Below, piece by piece: positions 42,567 to 50,733 of a stretch of 64,000 bases of DNA (within the stretch, counting starts at the first letter, position 1; each line of letters begins with the position of its first letter). The notes beneath the pieces are model-generated. The model saw only the letters and a program-made list of their open reading frames with translations. It did no database searches and was not told the DNA's origin. Made by a program: the position numbers and the translations under genes. The DNA is from Candidatus Fermentithermobacillaceae bacterium (GTDB lineage: Bacteria > Bacillota > Sulfobacillia > Fermentithermobacillales > DUSS01): the NCBI GenBank assembly GCA_014896535.1, contig JADBKE010000008.1, positions 118,438-182,437 on the forward strand, written 5' to 3'.

Positions 42567-42716
42567 CGCAAAGCAGTAGTGTCGCGCCTTCCAGGCATTC
42601 GCCGGCGAAAGCCGATTTGAAAAGCGTGATTACCCTCAGTTGGCTTGGATCTTTCGCCCGGGGATGGTAGAATGTTGGTGTGAGCAGCGAGAAGTCGTGT
42701 ACAGGGAGGTCCCGGC

Positions 42717-43058
42717 ATGCCTTTCAGGATCGGTCCGGACGAAGAACGCCGTGCCCGTCTGGAACTGGAGCTGCAGAGGATGACCGCCCTGTTCCCGCAG
42801 ATGGGGGTCAAAAAGGCCATACTCTTCGGCTCGCTGGCGCGAGGCGACGTGACCGAATCCAGCGACATCAACCTTATACTTATCAAGGACACCACTAAAA
42901 AACTCTCCGACAGGCTTGAGGAGGCCTTGCTGACCCTTGACCCCCGGGTCAGCCTGGATGTTCTGGTCTACACACCAGAGGAGTTCGAGGATCTGCTCGA
43001 AACCACGCCCTTGCTCCAGGATGCCGTTCGTGAGGGGAGGGTTATTTATGAAGCCTGA
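42717..43058 (+). CDS. Minimal nucleotidyltransferase (MNT/MntA-type antitoxin)
   Basis: 113 aa. NTase motif GSLARGDVTESSDINLILI (GSx9-10DxD). RBS AGGGAGG. Putative -10 TAGAAT at 42668. Confidence 0.8.
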   Translation: MPFRIGPDEERRARLELELQRMTALFPQMGVKKAILFGSLARGDVTESSDINLILIKDTTKKLSDRLEEALLTLDPRVSLDVLVYTPEEFEDLLETTPLLQDAVREGRVIYEA

Positions 43059-43455
43059 CCCGGCAGCCGAAGGTCGCCGCTGGTTCGCCCAAGCGGAGCG
43101 CGATCTGGCTTCGGCCATCGACCTCAGCGACCACTGCCACTACAACGTAGCCTGTTTCCAGTGCCAGCAAGTCATTGATAAGGCCCTGAAGGCATTCCTC
43201 TACTACCGTGGGGCCCGAGAAGTGCGGGGTCATTCCGCAGCGGAGCTCTGTCAGGACGCTGCGTCCCTGGACCCGAGCTTTGCAGAGCTACGACCCATTG
43301 TCGTTCCTGCTGACAAGTACTATATCTCCACCCGCTACCCCGATGGGTTTGCCTACGGCAGCCTGCCCTACGAAGCTTACGACGCCGAAGATGCCGCCAA
43401 AGCCATCCGTATGGCCCGGCAGGCACTGGAATTCATCAGGGTTCGGCTACGCTAG
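43048..43455 (+). CDS. HEPN-domain protein (HepT-type toxin partner of MNT)
   Basis: About 135 aa helical protein. ATG at 43048 overlaps the MNT stop by 11 bp. HEPN-like helix CQQVIDKALKAFLYYRGAREVRGH. Track ORF 42937 is an in-frame upstream extension. Confidence 0.7.
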   Translation: MKPDPAAEGRRWFAQAERDLASAIDLSDHCHYNVACFQCQQVIDKALKAFLYYRGAREVRGHSAAELCQDAASLDPSFAELRPIVVPADKYYISTRYPDGFAYGSLPYEAYDAEDAAKAIRMARQALEFIRVRLR

Positions 43456-43464
43456 GCGAGCTCC

Positions 43465-44652
43465 TTACCAGCTTTCGGAAATCCTCGCCCACACTAACCT
43501 GTCTTCAAAAACGCCATCCCTGAGAGATGCCTTTCTCAGACGAGCCTCCTGGCGAAAACCCATGCGTTCTAAGATGTCGAACAACCAGAGCTCATCGGTA
43601 TAGGTTTCCATCTCCAAGCGATGAAACCCCAACCAGTTATCAGCGAGGCCCACGACCGCTCTGAGAAGATCCCGCGCTACGGTTCGGGCGATATAAGACG
43701 TATCGGGGGGAATACAGAGTAGCGATACCGTAGCCATCCGCGCCATCCTGAAACGGCCAGGAATCAGGGTAATCTCTCCGTACACGGACTCCTTGCTCGT
43801 CCAGACGAACGTGTGGCGATCAATGGCCTTTTCCAGGTCCTCCGCAATCTTTTCGACCGTTGGGACGTTCCACGGAAGGAATGAGCTCTGCCGGAGAACG
43901 CCCGGGTTTTCGTATAACTTGCGGATGTTTGGAGCATCGGCTGGGACCGGAGGCCTCACCTCACTCTTGAGACGTTCTCCCATCCCACCGAGGTCCATCT
44001 CTCTGACTTCATTCGCAAGGGCCGGAGCGTTACTTTCGCGATCCTGCCCGTTCGCCGCCGAAGCTTCGCTTGGGGTGGCTTCTACTTCCGCCTGCCGGCT
44101 TTCCGACGGACCCGGCGCGACTGGCTCCTGCGACGGACCCGAACCCGCCGGTTCAATCCGGCTCATCACCAGCGTATCCACGTATTTCCCTTGTCGTATC
44201 GCGACTCCCCTCTTGCGCCCCTCAACCTCGAACCCGAACTTCCGGTAGAGCGCCACCGCCCGTTCGTTATCGGGGTACACTTCCAGCTCGATCCTAAGAG
44301 GACTCCACCAGCGTCGCGCTGTGTCGAGACACGCTTCCATCAGAGCCGTACCAATCCCCTGGCCGTGATATGCCGGGTCCACGGACATACCCAATCCGGC
44401 CACATGACGCTTTCGTCCGGTACCGCGCTGCATTCCGGCGTTACCAACTACCCTCCCCTTATCCGGACCTTCTGCGAGCTCTGCCACGAGCGAGAACCCA
44501 TCTTCAGAACCCTCCACCATCCGGTTGAGCGACGGAAGACGGCGGGACGGAAATTGCAAAGTACCCCACACCACCTCAGGCCTTGTAAGGATGTAATGTA
44601 TGGCCTCTATATCCTCTTTACGGACGAACCGCACATTGACCTTGGGCGACAT
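43465..44652 (-). CDS. Tandem GNAT-fold N-acetyltransferase (canonical N-terminal domain plus divergent C-terminal GNAT-like domain)
   Basis: The N-terminal domain has the acetyl-CoA loop HGQGIGTALME and a YRKFGF motif. A low-complexity Pro/Ser/Glu linker follows. The second domain (WLFDILERMGFRQE) lacks the Q/RxxGxG/A loop. Confidence 0.75.
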   Translation of the reverse strand: MSPKVNVRFVRKEDIEAIHYILTRPEVVWGTLQFPSRRLPSLNRMVEGSEDGFSLVAELAEGPDKGRVVGNAGMQRGTGRKRHVAGLGMSVDPAYHGQGIGTALMEACLDTARRWWSPLRIELEVYPDNERAVALYRKFGFEVEGRKRGVAIRQGKYVDTLVMSRIEPAGSGPSQEPVAPGPSESRQAEVEATPSEASAANGQDRESNAPALANEVREMDLGGMGERLKSEVRPPVPADAPNIRKLYENPGVLRQSSFLPWNVPTVEKIAEDLEKAIDRHTFVWTSKESVYGEITLIPGRFRMARMATVSLLCIPPDTSYIARTVARDLLRAVVGLADNWLGFHRLEMETYTDELWLFDILERMGFRQEARLRKASLRDGVFEDRLVWARISESW

Positions 44653-44974
44653 TCTAAACCCACCTCCTGCGAAACGAGGGTTTGGCAGATCATATCACGG
44701 CAGGACGAGCTTGCGACCTAGTTCCATGAGGTTCTCGAGAATCCATGCTTCGGCAACGCACCATCCCATTCGATTGCCCACCCAGGGGATGAGCTTTCCT
44801 AGAGGACACCTGTCCCTCTGCGGCGCGTCATACCAGGCGTGAGGAACGCTTTGCTCAGCGGCACGGGACATCCATCATTGCGAAATGGTCCCAAGTTGAG
44901 CGGTGAGACCGGGGGTCGCGAGGAGAAAGCTCAAGGCAGGAGGCTCTGAACAGGGCCGACGGAGGAATGTGCGG

Positions 44975-46291
44975 TCATCTGGCCCCGCCAGAAATATCCC
45001 TCAAAACCTGCCCGAAGTCGATCCCCAAGATGACCTTGTTCCTATAGTTTCGTTCTATCGTGCGAATCCCGTCTTCCAGATGTCTGGACCTGATTCCGTG
45101 CTCAGTCGAAAGATAAGCCTCCATGTACGCCGCCACTTCATCGCAAGCCTTTATCAGCGAGCCGTCCATGGGGGAAAACTCGTCGCGGTTATATTGCTCG
45201 CCTATCTCCTCCTTTAGCACCTTGGGGACACCGTTGACGACAATTTTATTGGCAAACTCATCTTCCACGTAGTACCGGATGTCCTGGTGCCAGGCAGCGG
45301 GGAGCAGCGGGAGGATCTTTTCTTCCATTTGTCTTTTCTCTATCTCTTTGATGATGTCGTCGAGCCCTTCAACTGACTTCTTGATGGGTGAAACGATGTC
45401 CCTGGTCAGGACCTCCGGCAGGTCGTGGAACAGTCCCCCGAAGAAATCGTTGCATATCCGGCGGGGGCAAGCTTTGATGTGCTTGGCGCACACGTACGAG
45501 AGTATCGCCACTATCAGCATGTGACCCAGCACCGAAGTGGAGGGAATCCTCGGCGTCTGAGCCCACCTCTGCTGGAACCTGAGCTGGCCGACCAGATCCA
45601 GAAAATGACTGGTCTTCTTCCCGAGGGCGAGTTTCTGGACGCCGACGAGATTCGAGTGGTCTTCGAGCTGGTTTTCCACTTCTTCGCGGGTAGCTTCGAG
45701 CCCGTACAGGGTGCGGTTGAGGTTGTAGATGATCTGGAATTCCCAGTTCGTGGCCAGGTAGTGGGCCGCCCGCAGGATCTTGCGCTCGAGAGTCCACCGT
45801 GGAGCTGGCTCGTGCCGAGCGACCTCAGTGGAACCGGCTAAGCCCGCGGAACTGCCACGACTCATCCAACCATCGCGGTCGGTGGAAGGATTCGAACAGG
45901 AATCGCCAGGTTCCGCGTCAATGGCAAAGTAAGACCGGAAGACCTCGGGGAAATCCGGCGCCATGTCTTTAAGGACATCGCGGAGTTCCCGCCACACCCA
46001 TCTGTTCAGTTTCGGACCTTGCTCGGCCATGAGCTTGTGGTATATGGGAGGCTTTATGTCGGTGAGCTTTATCCGTTGCAGGAATTCGCAAAGCCCCCCT
46101 TCTATCAGGGCAAGCCAATCAACCCTGGCGTTGCTTTCCGATTCTTCGAATTTGGCCAGGACGTACGCGTACACCATTTTGTGAGCTTGCTTGTCGAGCT
46201 CTGTGAACCCCTGGGCAGGTCTTATGTGATCGTTCCACCGCTGGATACTTGCGGCGTCATATAAAAGCCGAAGCAGTGAACCGGTGATCAC
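44975..46291 (-). CDS. Tandem HD-domain phosphohydrolase, YfbR-like 5'-deoxynucleotidase fold (N-terminal copy degenerate)
   Basis: The C-terminal half has LRFQQRW...H...LFHDLPEVLTRDIVSPIK, matching the YfbR motifs (LxRxxRW; HDxxEVLTGDxPTPVK). The N-terminal half repeats the pattern (LLRLLYDAASIQRWN...ELDKQAHK) but has GL in place of HD. Confidence 0.7.
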   Translation of the reverse strand: MITGSLLRLLYDAASIQRWNDHIRPAQGFTELDKQAHKMVYAYVLAKFEESESNARVDWLALIEGGLCEFLQRIKLTDIKPPIYHKLMAEQGPKLNRWVWRELRDVLKDMAPDFPEVFRSYFAIDAEPGDSCSNPSTDRDGWMSRGSSAGLAGSTEVARHEPAPRWTLERKILRAAHYLATNWEFQIIYNLNRTLYGLEATREEVENQLEDHSNLVGVQKLALGKKTSHFLDLVGQLRFQQRWAQTPRIPSTSVLGHMLIVAILSYVCAKHIKACPRRICNDFFGGLFHDLPEVLTRDIVSPIKKSVEGLDDIIKEIEKRQMEEKILPLLPAAWHQDIRYYVEDEFANKIVVNGVPKVLKEEIGEQYNRDEFSPMDGSLIKACDEVAAYMEAYLSTEHGIRSRHLEDGIRTIERNYRNKVILGIDFGQVLRDISGGAR

Positions 46292-46321
46292 CGATGGTGC
46301 CTCCCTAGATGCCTCAAGTCT

Positions 46322-47089
46322 TCAAGCCCGACCTTCCGCTGTCAATCGATTTTGAATAAGATAATCCACCGATTCCGCCAGGGCTTTCGAAACACGTTCC
46401 TCCGCAGACCGGAGATTCTCGGACTGAAAGCCCTCTTCCCACTTTTCCCGGAAAAGCTCGTCCGTGATCACGAGCACTGCTGCGAACTCCACGTTCCGGT
46501 ACATGGCGATAGACATGAGGGCGGTGCACTCCATCTCTACGGCCAAGACTCCCTGGCGCGCGTAAAGCTCTACCTTCTGCCTGGTTTCACGGTAAGGCGC
46601 GTCTGTAGACCACACGCCACCTTCGACCGGGGCAATTGGTTCTAACGCCGTCCTTAACCGTTCGAAGAGAATGGGTGATGGCCTGCATTCGACCGCTGGA
46701 GGTAGGTAATGGTAGGACGTCCCTTCTTCCCTGACCCCAAAACTCGGTAATACAACCGATCCGATTCTGCAACGAGAAGATAAGGACCCCGCCTGACCCA
46801 GCATGACCAAACGCCCGATCCCCGATGCTATCAGCGTTTCCATGAGCATCCCTGCAGCAGGAGACCCGAAAGAGGAATGATATAACACGACCCGGCTATC
46901 CATCGCACCTTCAACAGCCCCTGGTAAACGAGGGGCCGGACGATCCTCCGGCAGACCCAAAAAAGTCCTGAGCAAGGCAAAGATCCTTCGGGAGAAGCAT
47001 AAGATCGCCATCTCTGATTCAATTTCGGCAGCAAATGCCCTCGGTTCTATTAACCCTGGTTCGTCGGAAAACCACACCGGCACGGGCAT
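46322..47089 (-). CDS. PNP/UDP-family nucleoside phosphorylase/nucleosidase-like protein
   Basis: 255 aa. Phosphorylase-family-1 motifs (GSVVLPSFGVREEGTSYHY; VEMECTAL). Immediately upstream of and co-oriented with the HD gene (30 bp gap). Confidence 0.7.
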   Translation of the reverse strand: MPVPVWFSDEPGLIEPRAFAAEIESEMAILCFSRRIFALLRTFLGLPEDRPAPRLPGAVEGAMDSRVVLYHSSFGSPAAGMLMETLIASGIGRLVMLGQAGSLSSRCRIGSVVLPSFGVREEGTSYHYLPPAVECRPSPILFERLRTALEPIAPVEGGVWSTDAPYRETRQKVELYARQGVLAVEMECTALMSIAMYRNVEFAAVLVITDELFREKWEEGFQSENLRSAEERVSKALAESVDYLIQNRLTAEGRA

Positions 47090-47279
47090 GTTTCCTCACC
47101 TCTGTTCGGTGCTTGAGGAATTCTACCGTATTGCCGAGGTTACCTGCACAGCAAGCACGCTGCTGGTGCATGATAATCTAGTAAGTGTTGCCTGTTTCTG
47201 TGCTTACCTCGGTGATGTAGAATAATCCTTGTGCGAATTTTGGAAGTCGGCAACTGGGTAGGCTGGAGGTCAGAACTTC

Positions 47280-48425
47280 GTGCGTTCTCAGGAGTCCCTT
47301 CTCGGAATAGCCCTTGGCGGCGGAGCAGCCCGGGGGCTTAGCCACATAGGCGTCCTGAAAACGTTGGAAAGGGCGGGTATAGTACCCGTAGCTATATCCG
47401 GCTCCAGCATCGGTTCCGTCATCGCAGCTTCGTACGCATGCGGAACGCTCCGGGAGCTCGAGGAAACTGCGACCTCCCTTACGAGGCGGGACTTAATCGA
47501 GTATGCTGACATTTATTTCAGAGGCGGGGTTTTAAAAGGAGAAGCTCTCTGGGAGGGAATACGCCGGTTCACGAAGGACATGACTTTCGAGGACGTCTCG
47601 GAACGGGGCATCTCTTTGATCATTGTGGCGGCGGACCTGGCGACCGGAGAACCGGTGTTTCTGATGGAAGGCAGCATCGCCGATGCGGTGAGGGCCAGCA
47701 TTTCTGTGCCGGGCCTCTTCGGCCCGGTCAAAGTGAACGGTCGCGTGCTGGTAGACGGCGGACTGGTCGACCTCATGCCGGTTGATGCATTGATTGACAC
47801 CAAGGCAGACGTCCTACTCGGTGTAGACGTCTTCAGCAGGTCAGACCTCTGGACCCGCGCCGCAACGAACGCACGTGTATCGGTCGGATTTGCCCGGCGC
47901 ATGTGGAGAGAGGTATTGCGGTTCGCTGAAAGTGAAGTAATCAACAGAGTGGCGTACGCCGAGCAACTAGCTCGCATGGTGTTCGTGGAGAGGTTCGGAA
48001 GTCATATACAGAGTACTTTCAGCCGGATATACGCGGCCCTGATCTCGGATAACGGCGCTCAATACGACGACCGGCATGCGCCCGAAGATCTGGAGACGGC
48101 GCTCACGCGCGCTTTTCGGGCGGGTGAGATTGCCGAACCCGGCCCTACGGGACAAGAGAGAAGCGACAAAGCAAACCAAGGGGAGCCAAAAGGCTGGAGC
48201 ACGGTCAAGGCGATACTGGCGGCCTTTGACATCACCGAAGCTCTTCTGCAGTCTCCCCGCGAAGGAGTAAAGCCGGACTTGCTGATCCGTCCGCGGGTCC
48301 AGCGTTTTCACGGTCACCAGTTTTATCGCGCAAGGGAAATAATCCGGGAGGGCGAAATCGCCGCCCAAGAGATACTTCCAGATCTCATCGCGATAATGGA
48401 AACAAGAGCGGGGTCGCGCCGGTGA
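47280..48425 (+). CDS. Patatin-like phospholipase
   Basis: Oxyanion GGGAARG, nucleophile elbow GSSIG, catalytic-dyad DGG (VDGGLVD). About 180 aa C-terminal extension of unknown function. Confidence 0.85.
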   Translation: MRSQESLLGIALGGGAARGLSHIGVLKTLERAGIVPVAISGSSIGSVIAASYACGTLRELEETATSLTRRDLIEYADIYFRGGVLKGEALWEGIRRFTKDMTFEDVSERGISLIIVAADLATGEPVFLMEGSIADAVRASISVPGLFGPVKVNGRVLVDGGLVDLMPVDALIDTKADVLLGVDVFSRSDLWTRAATNARVSVGFARRMWREVLRFAESEVINRVAYAEQLARMVFVERFGSHIQSTFSRIYAALISDNGAQYDDRHAPEDLETALTRAFRAGEIAEPGPTGQERSDKANQGEPKGWSTVKAILAAFDITEALLQSPREGVKPDLLIRPRVQRFHGHQFYRAREIIREGEIAAQEILPDLIAIMETRAGSRR

Positions 48426-48487
48426 TCCGGTGAGATCGTACCCGGGGGTTACAATACCCGGATACTAGCAGAAAAGTGAACCTTGGC

Positions 48488-48503
48488 ATTCAGTGTACTG
48501 AAT
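48488..48503. promoter_or_regulatory. Perfect 7-bp inverted repeat ATTCAGT-gt-ACTGAAT upstream of the glycosyltransferase gene (candidate operator)
   Basis: Seen directly at 48488-48503, about 60 bp upstream of the GTG start at 48564. Confidence 0.3.
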
Positions 48504-48563
48504 CCCTGGCAGGAATGGTGACGATACCATCAATACCGGCAGAGAAGTGGACGGGGACCTGCA

Positions 48564-49922
48564 GTGAAACTCAAAATAGCGTTTTTCTCCGACTCCTTTC
48601 GCGACGACCTCGGCGGGCTCACAAAAGCCGTCACCGGTCTTCACGATGCCCTCATATCTCAAGGTCATCAGGTAACGGTCTTCACGCTGCCCCAGAAGAC
48701 CAAACCCCTGCACAGCGGGGACGTTATATTCGTGCCCGCTCTTCCCCTTTCCGGGCTGCCCGGTATCCCCTCGGACTCATACTTTGGCTATGGGTATGCC
48801 AGAGTGCTAAAAGCCCTTCAAAGCATCAAACCCGACATCGTGCACGTTCATACCGTGTACCCCGTGGGGTGGATAGGGCTACTGGCAGCCGCGAAGCTAA
48901 AAATCGCCGCTGTGGCGACGTATCACGCCAACATTAAAATCGCGCTATCGCTCCTCACACAGAGGTCCCCGGGTCAGCAGAGTAGACATCCCGGCGGGGC
49001 TGACGCGAACTCATTTAAGAAGGGATCCCGTGTACCCATGGTCAACAACCTCGTTCAAGGAGCCGCTAGGCTCGCTGACAGGGGGATATCCGCAGGGGCG
49101 CGGTCGTTTTACAACCGCTTCAACGCCGTCATCGCCCCTTCCGAGTTCGCGGCAAACTCCCTTCGCAGTTTCGGGGTCACCGCTCCCATTCACGTGATAC
49201 CCTCCGGAATAGATACCCGCCTCTTTTCCCCGAGTCCGTCAGGGACTGGCTTGAGCGAATATGTCCCATCGAGCATGGCCACGTGCGCCGCAAGCTCCTT
49301 CCCTCGGAATCCGGCAGAACCGGCAGAGCATATCTCACCGTGCAACGTCCTTTATGCCGGAAGGCTCAGCGCAGAAAAGGGTGTTGAGACCTTGATCCGG
49401 GTCGTCAAGACGCTGGGGGACGAATGGTCACCGGACGACGGCGACGTGCTAAAGGGCACAAACGTGTCGGGAGAACTCCGCTTCACCATTGCGGGAGATG
49501 GCCCTCTCAGACGGAGACTCGAACGTGATCTGAAGTACCTGGTTGAACAAGGGACGGTTGAATTCAGAGGGTTTGTGCCGTGGGATCGGATGCCTGACGA
49601 ATATCGAAGAGCCCAGGTGTTCTTCTTACCCTCGCCCGCCGAAACCCAGGGGCTTGCGGCTCTAGAGGCCATGGCTTCAGGATTACCCGTGGTCGCAGTA
49701 AAAGCTGGCGCTATTCCCGAATTCGTCGAGCACGGGAAGAGCGGCTTTCTGTTTGAACCGGAAGACACCGAGGGGATGTCCAACGCCATACGGAACCTAG
49801 CAGCAGACCCCGGATTGAGACGCCGTGTGGGTGAAAAAGCTCGGGCTCGTGCTATGAGATTCGACTGGCGAGAGCTTGTGGGGAAGTTTATCGATCTATA
49901 CACGCAGTATCTTCGTTGTTAA
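48564..49922 (+). CDS. Family-4 (GT-B) glycosyltransferase, diacylglycerol-glycosyltransferase-like
   Basis: N-terminal MKLKIAFFSDSF...GGL motif, C-terminal E-x7-E region (FFLPSPAETQGLAALEAMASGLPVV). Contains two Pro/Ser/Gly-rich inserts. Confidence 0.8.
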   Translation: MKLKIAFFSDSFRDDLGGLTKAVTGLHDALISQGHQVTVFTLPQKTKPLHSGDVIFVPALPLSGLPGIPSDSYFGYGYARVLKALQSIKPDIVHVHTVYPVGWIGLLAAAKLKIAAVATYHANIKIALSLLTQRSPGQQSRHPGGADANSFKKGSRVPMVNNLVQGAARLADRGISAGARSFYNRFNAVIAPSEFAANSLRSFGVTAPIHVIPSGIDTRLFSPSPSGTGLSEYVPSSMATCAASSFPRNPAEPAEHISPCNVLYAGRLSAEKGVETLIRVVKTLGDEWSPDDGDVLKGTNVSGELRFTIAGDGPLRRRLERDLKYLVEQGTVEFRGFVPWDRMPDEYRRAQVFFLPSPAETQGLAALEAMASGLPVVAVKAGAIPEFVEHGKSGFLFEPEDTEGMSNAIRNLAADPGLRRRVGEKARARAMRFDWRELVGKFIDLYTQYLRC

Positions 49923-50733
49923 GAGCAGCCACGTCGCCCTCTCTAATACCCAGTATCTTGCGGGCACTCACCGGCATGGCCATCTGCCCCTTATTGGCTG
50001 CGCGTAGGATTTCATAAGCCATGGGACACCCCCAGTAAGCAATTCTTACCGTGTCTTAGCGTGCTGCACCAAGTGTCAGCTGTACGGAAGTCGGAGAAGA
50101 GTATGGTTTGGGACAGCAGGATATCTTGCTGGTACTGGCATACGCTGGCAAGGTAGTGGGGCAGGAGCAGGTACGGGTGCCAGCATGATGCGGTTCCGGG
50201 TGGGTGCGGGTCTACTCCCTCCGGCGGCGCTGAATCTGAGACAAGGTGGGCACCAGGCTGGTCACATAAGGGACGTGGGTTTTCGGGGCAGGCCGGGTCG
50301 CGAGGCTACTGAGCGGGTCCAGGACCATCAGGCGGTGCTAGTGACGCGCGACATGGGGTTTGCCAACACGCTAACCTTTCCTCTCCTCTGGGGTCGTACT
50401 GGGCATTGTGGTGTTGCGTTCTCGGAGCGAGGCGTCTGAGCTTCGATGAACAGCGAACTCCGCGCGGCGGTTGTGGTAGTGTCCGAAGAAGATGTTTGCG
50501 GGTCCATTGTTGTATTAGAACCAGGTGGGTGCGAGCCCACAGGCCCTAGTAAAGCCGTTCGGATGAGGGTTCCGGTGCCCCATCGGTAATGCGCTTCTGC
50601 AACGCAGGACTCGTGAACATCGCCATGTGCGGTAGAGTTTCGGGCCCTTGTTCGCAGGTCCGACGGAAGGTGCCTGGGAAGCGGGCGCCGAAGCAGTTAG
50701 ACACGAATCCACCTGAGGCGTGGTGAGTCGGCA

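Noticed and set aside
42937-43047. Upstream extension of the HEPN ORF overlapping the MNT gene
   Set aside because: It is in-frame read-through inside the MNT gene. The coupled ATG at 43048 gives a typical HEPN-size protein.
47280-48425. Patatin as a CBASS CapV-type effector
   Set aside because: No cGAS/DncV-like nucleotidyltransferase or ancillary CBASS genes are adjacent. The neighbour is a glycosyltransferase, which favours a lipid-metabolism role.
49923-50733. tmRNA, RNase P RNA or group II intron in the ORF-poor tract
   Set aside because: None of the conserved blocks were found by eye: the tmRNA tRNA-like ends and ...CCACCA, RNase P GGAAAGUCCGGGCUCC / ACAGAACCCGGCUUA, and intron domain V. 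Left as unclassified.
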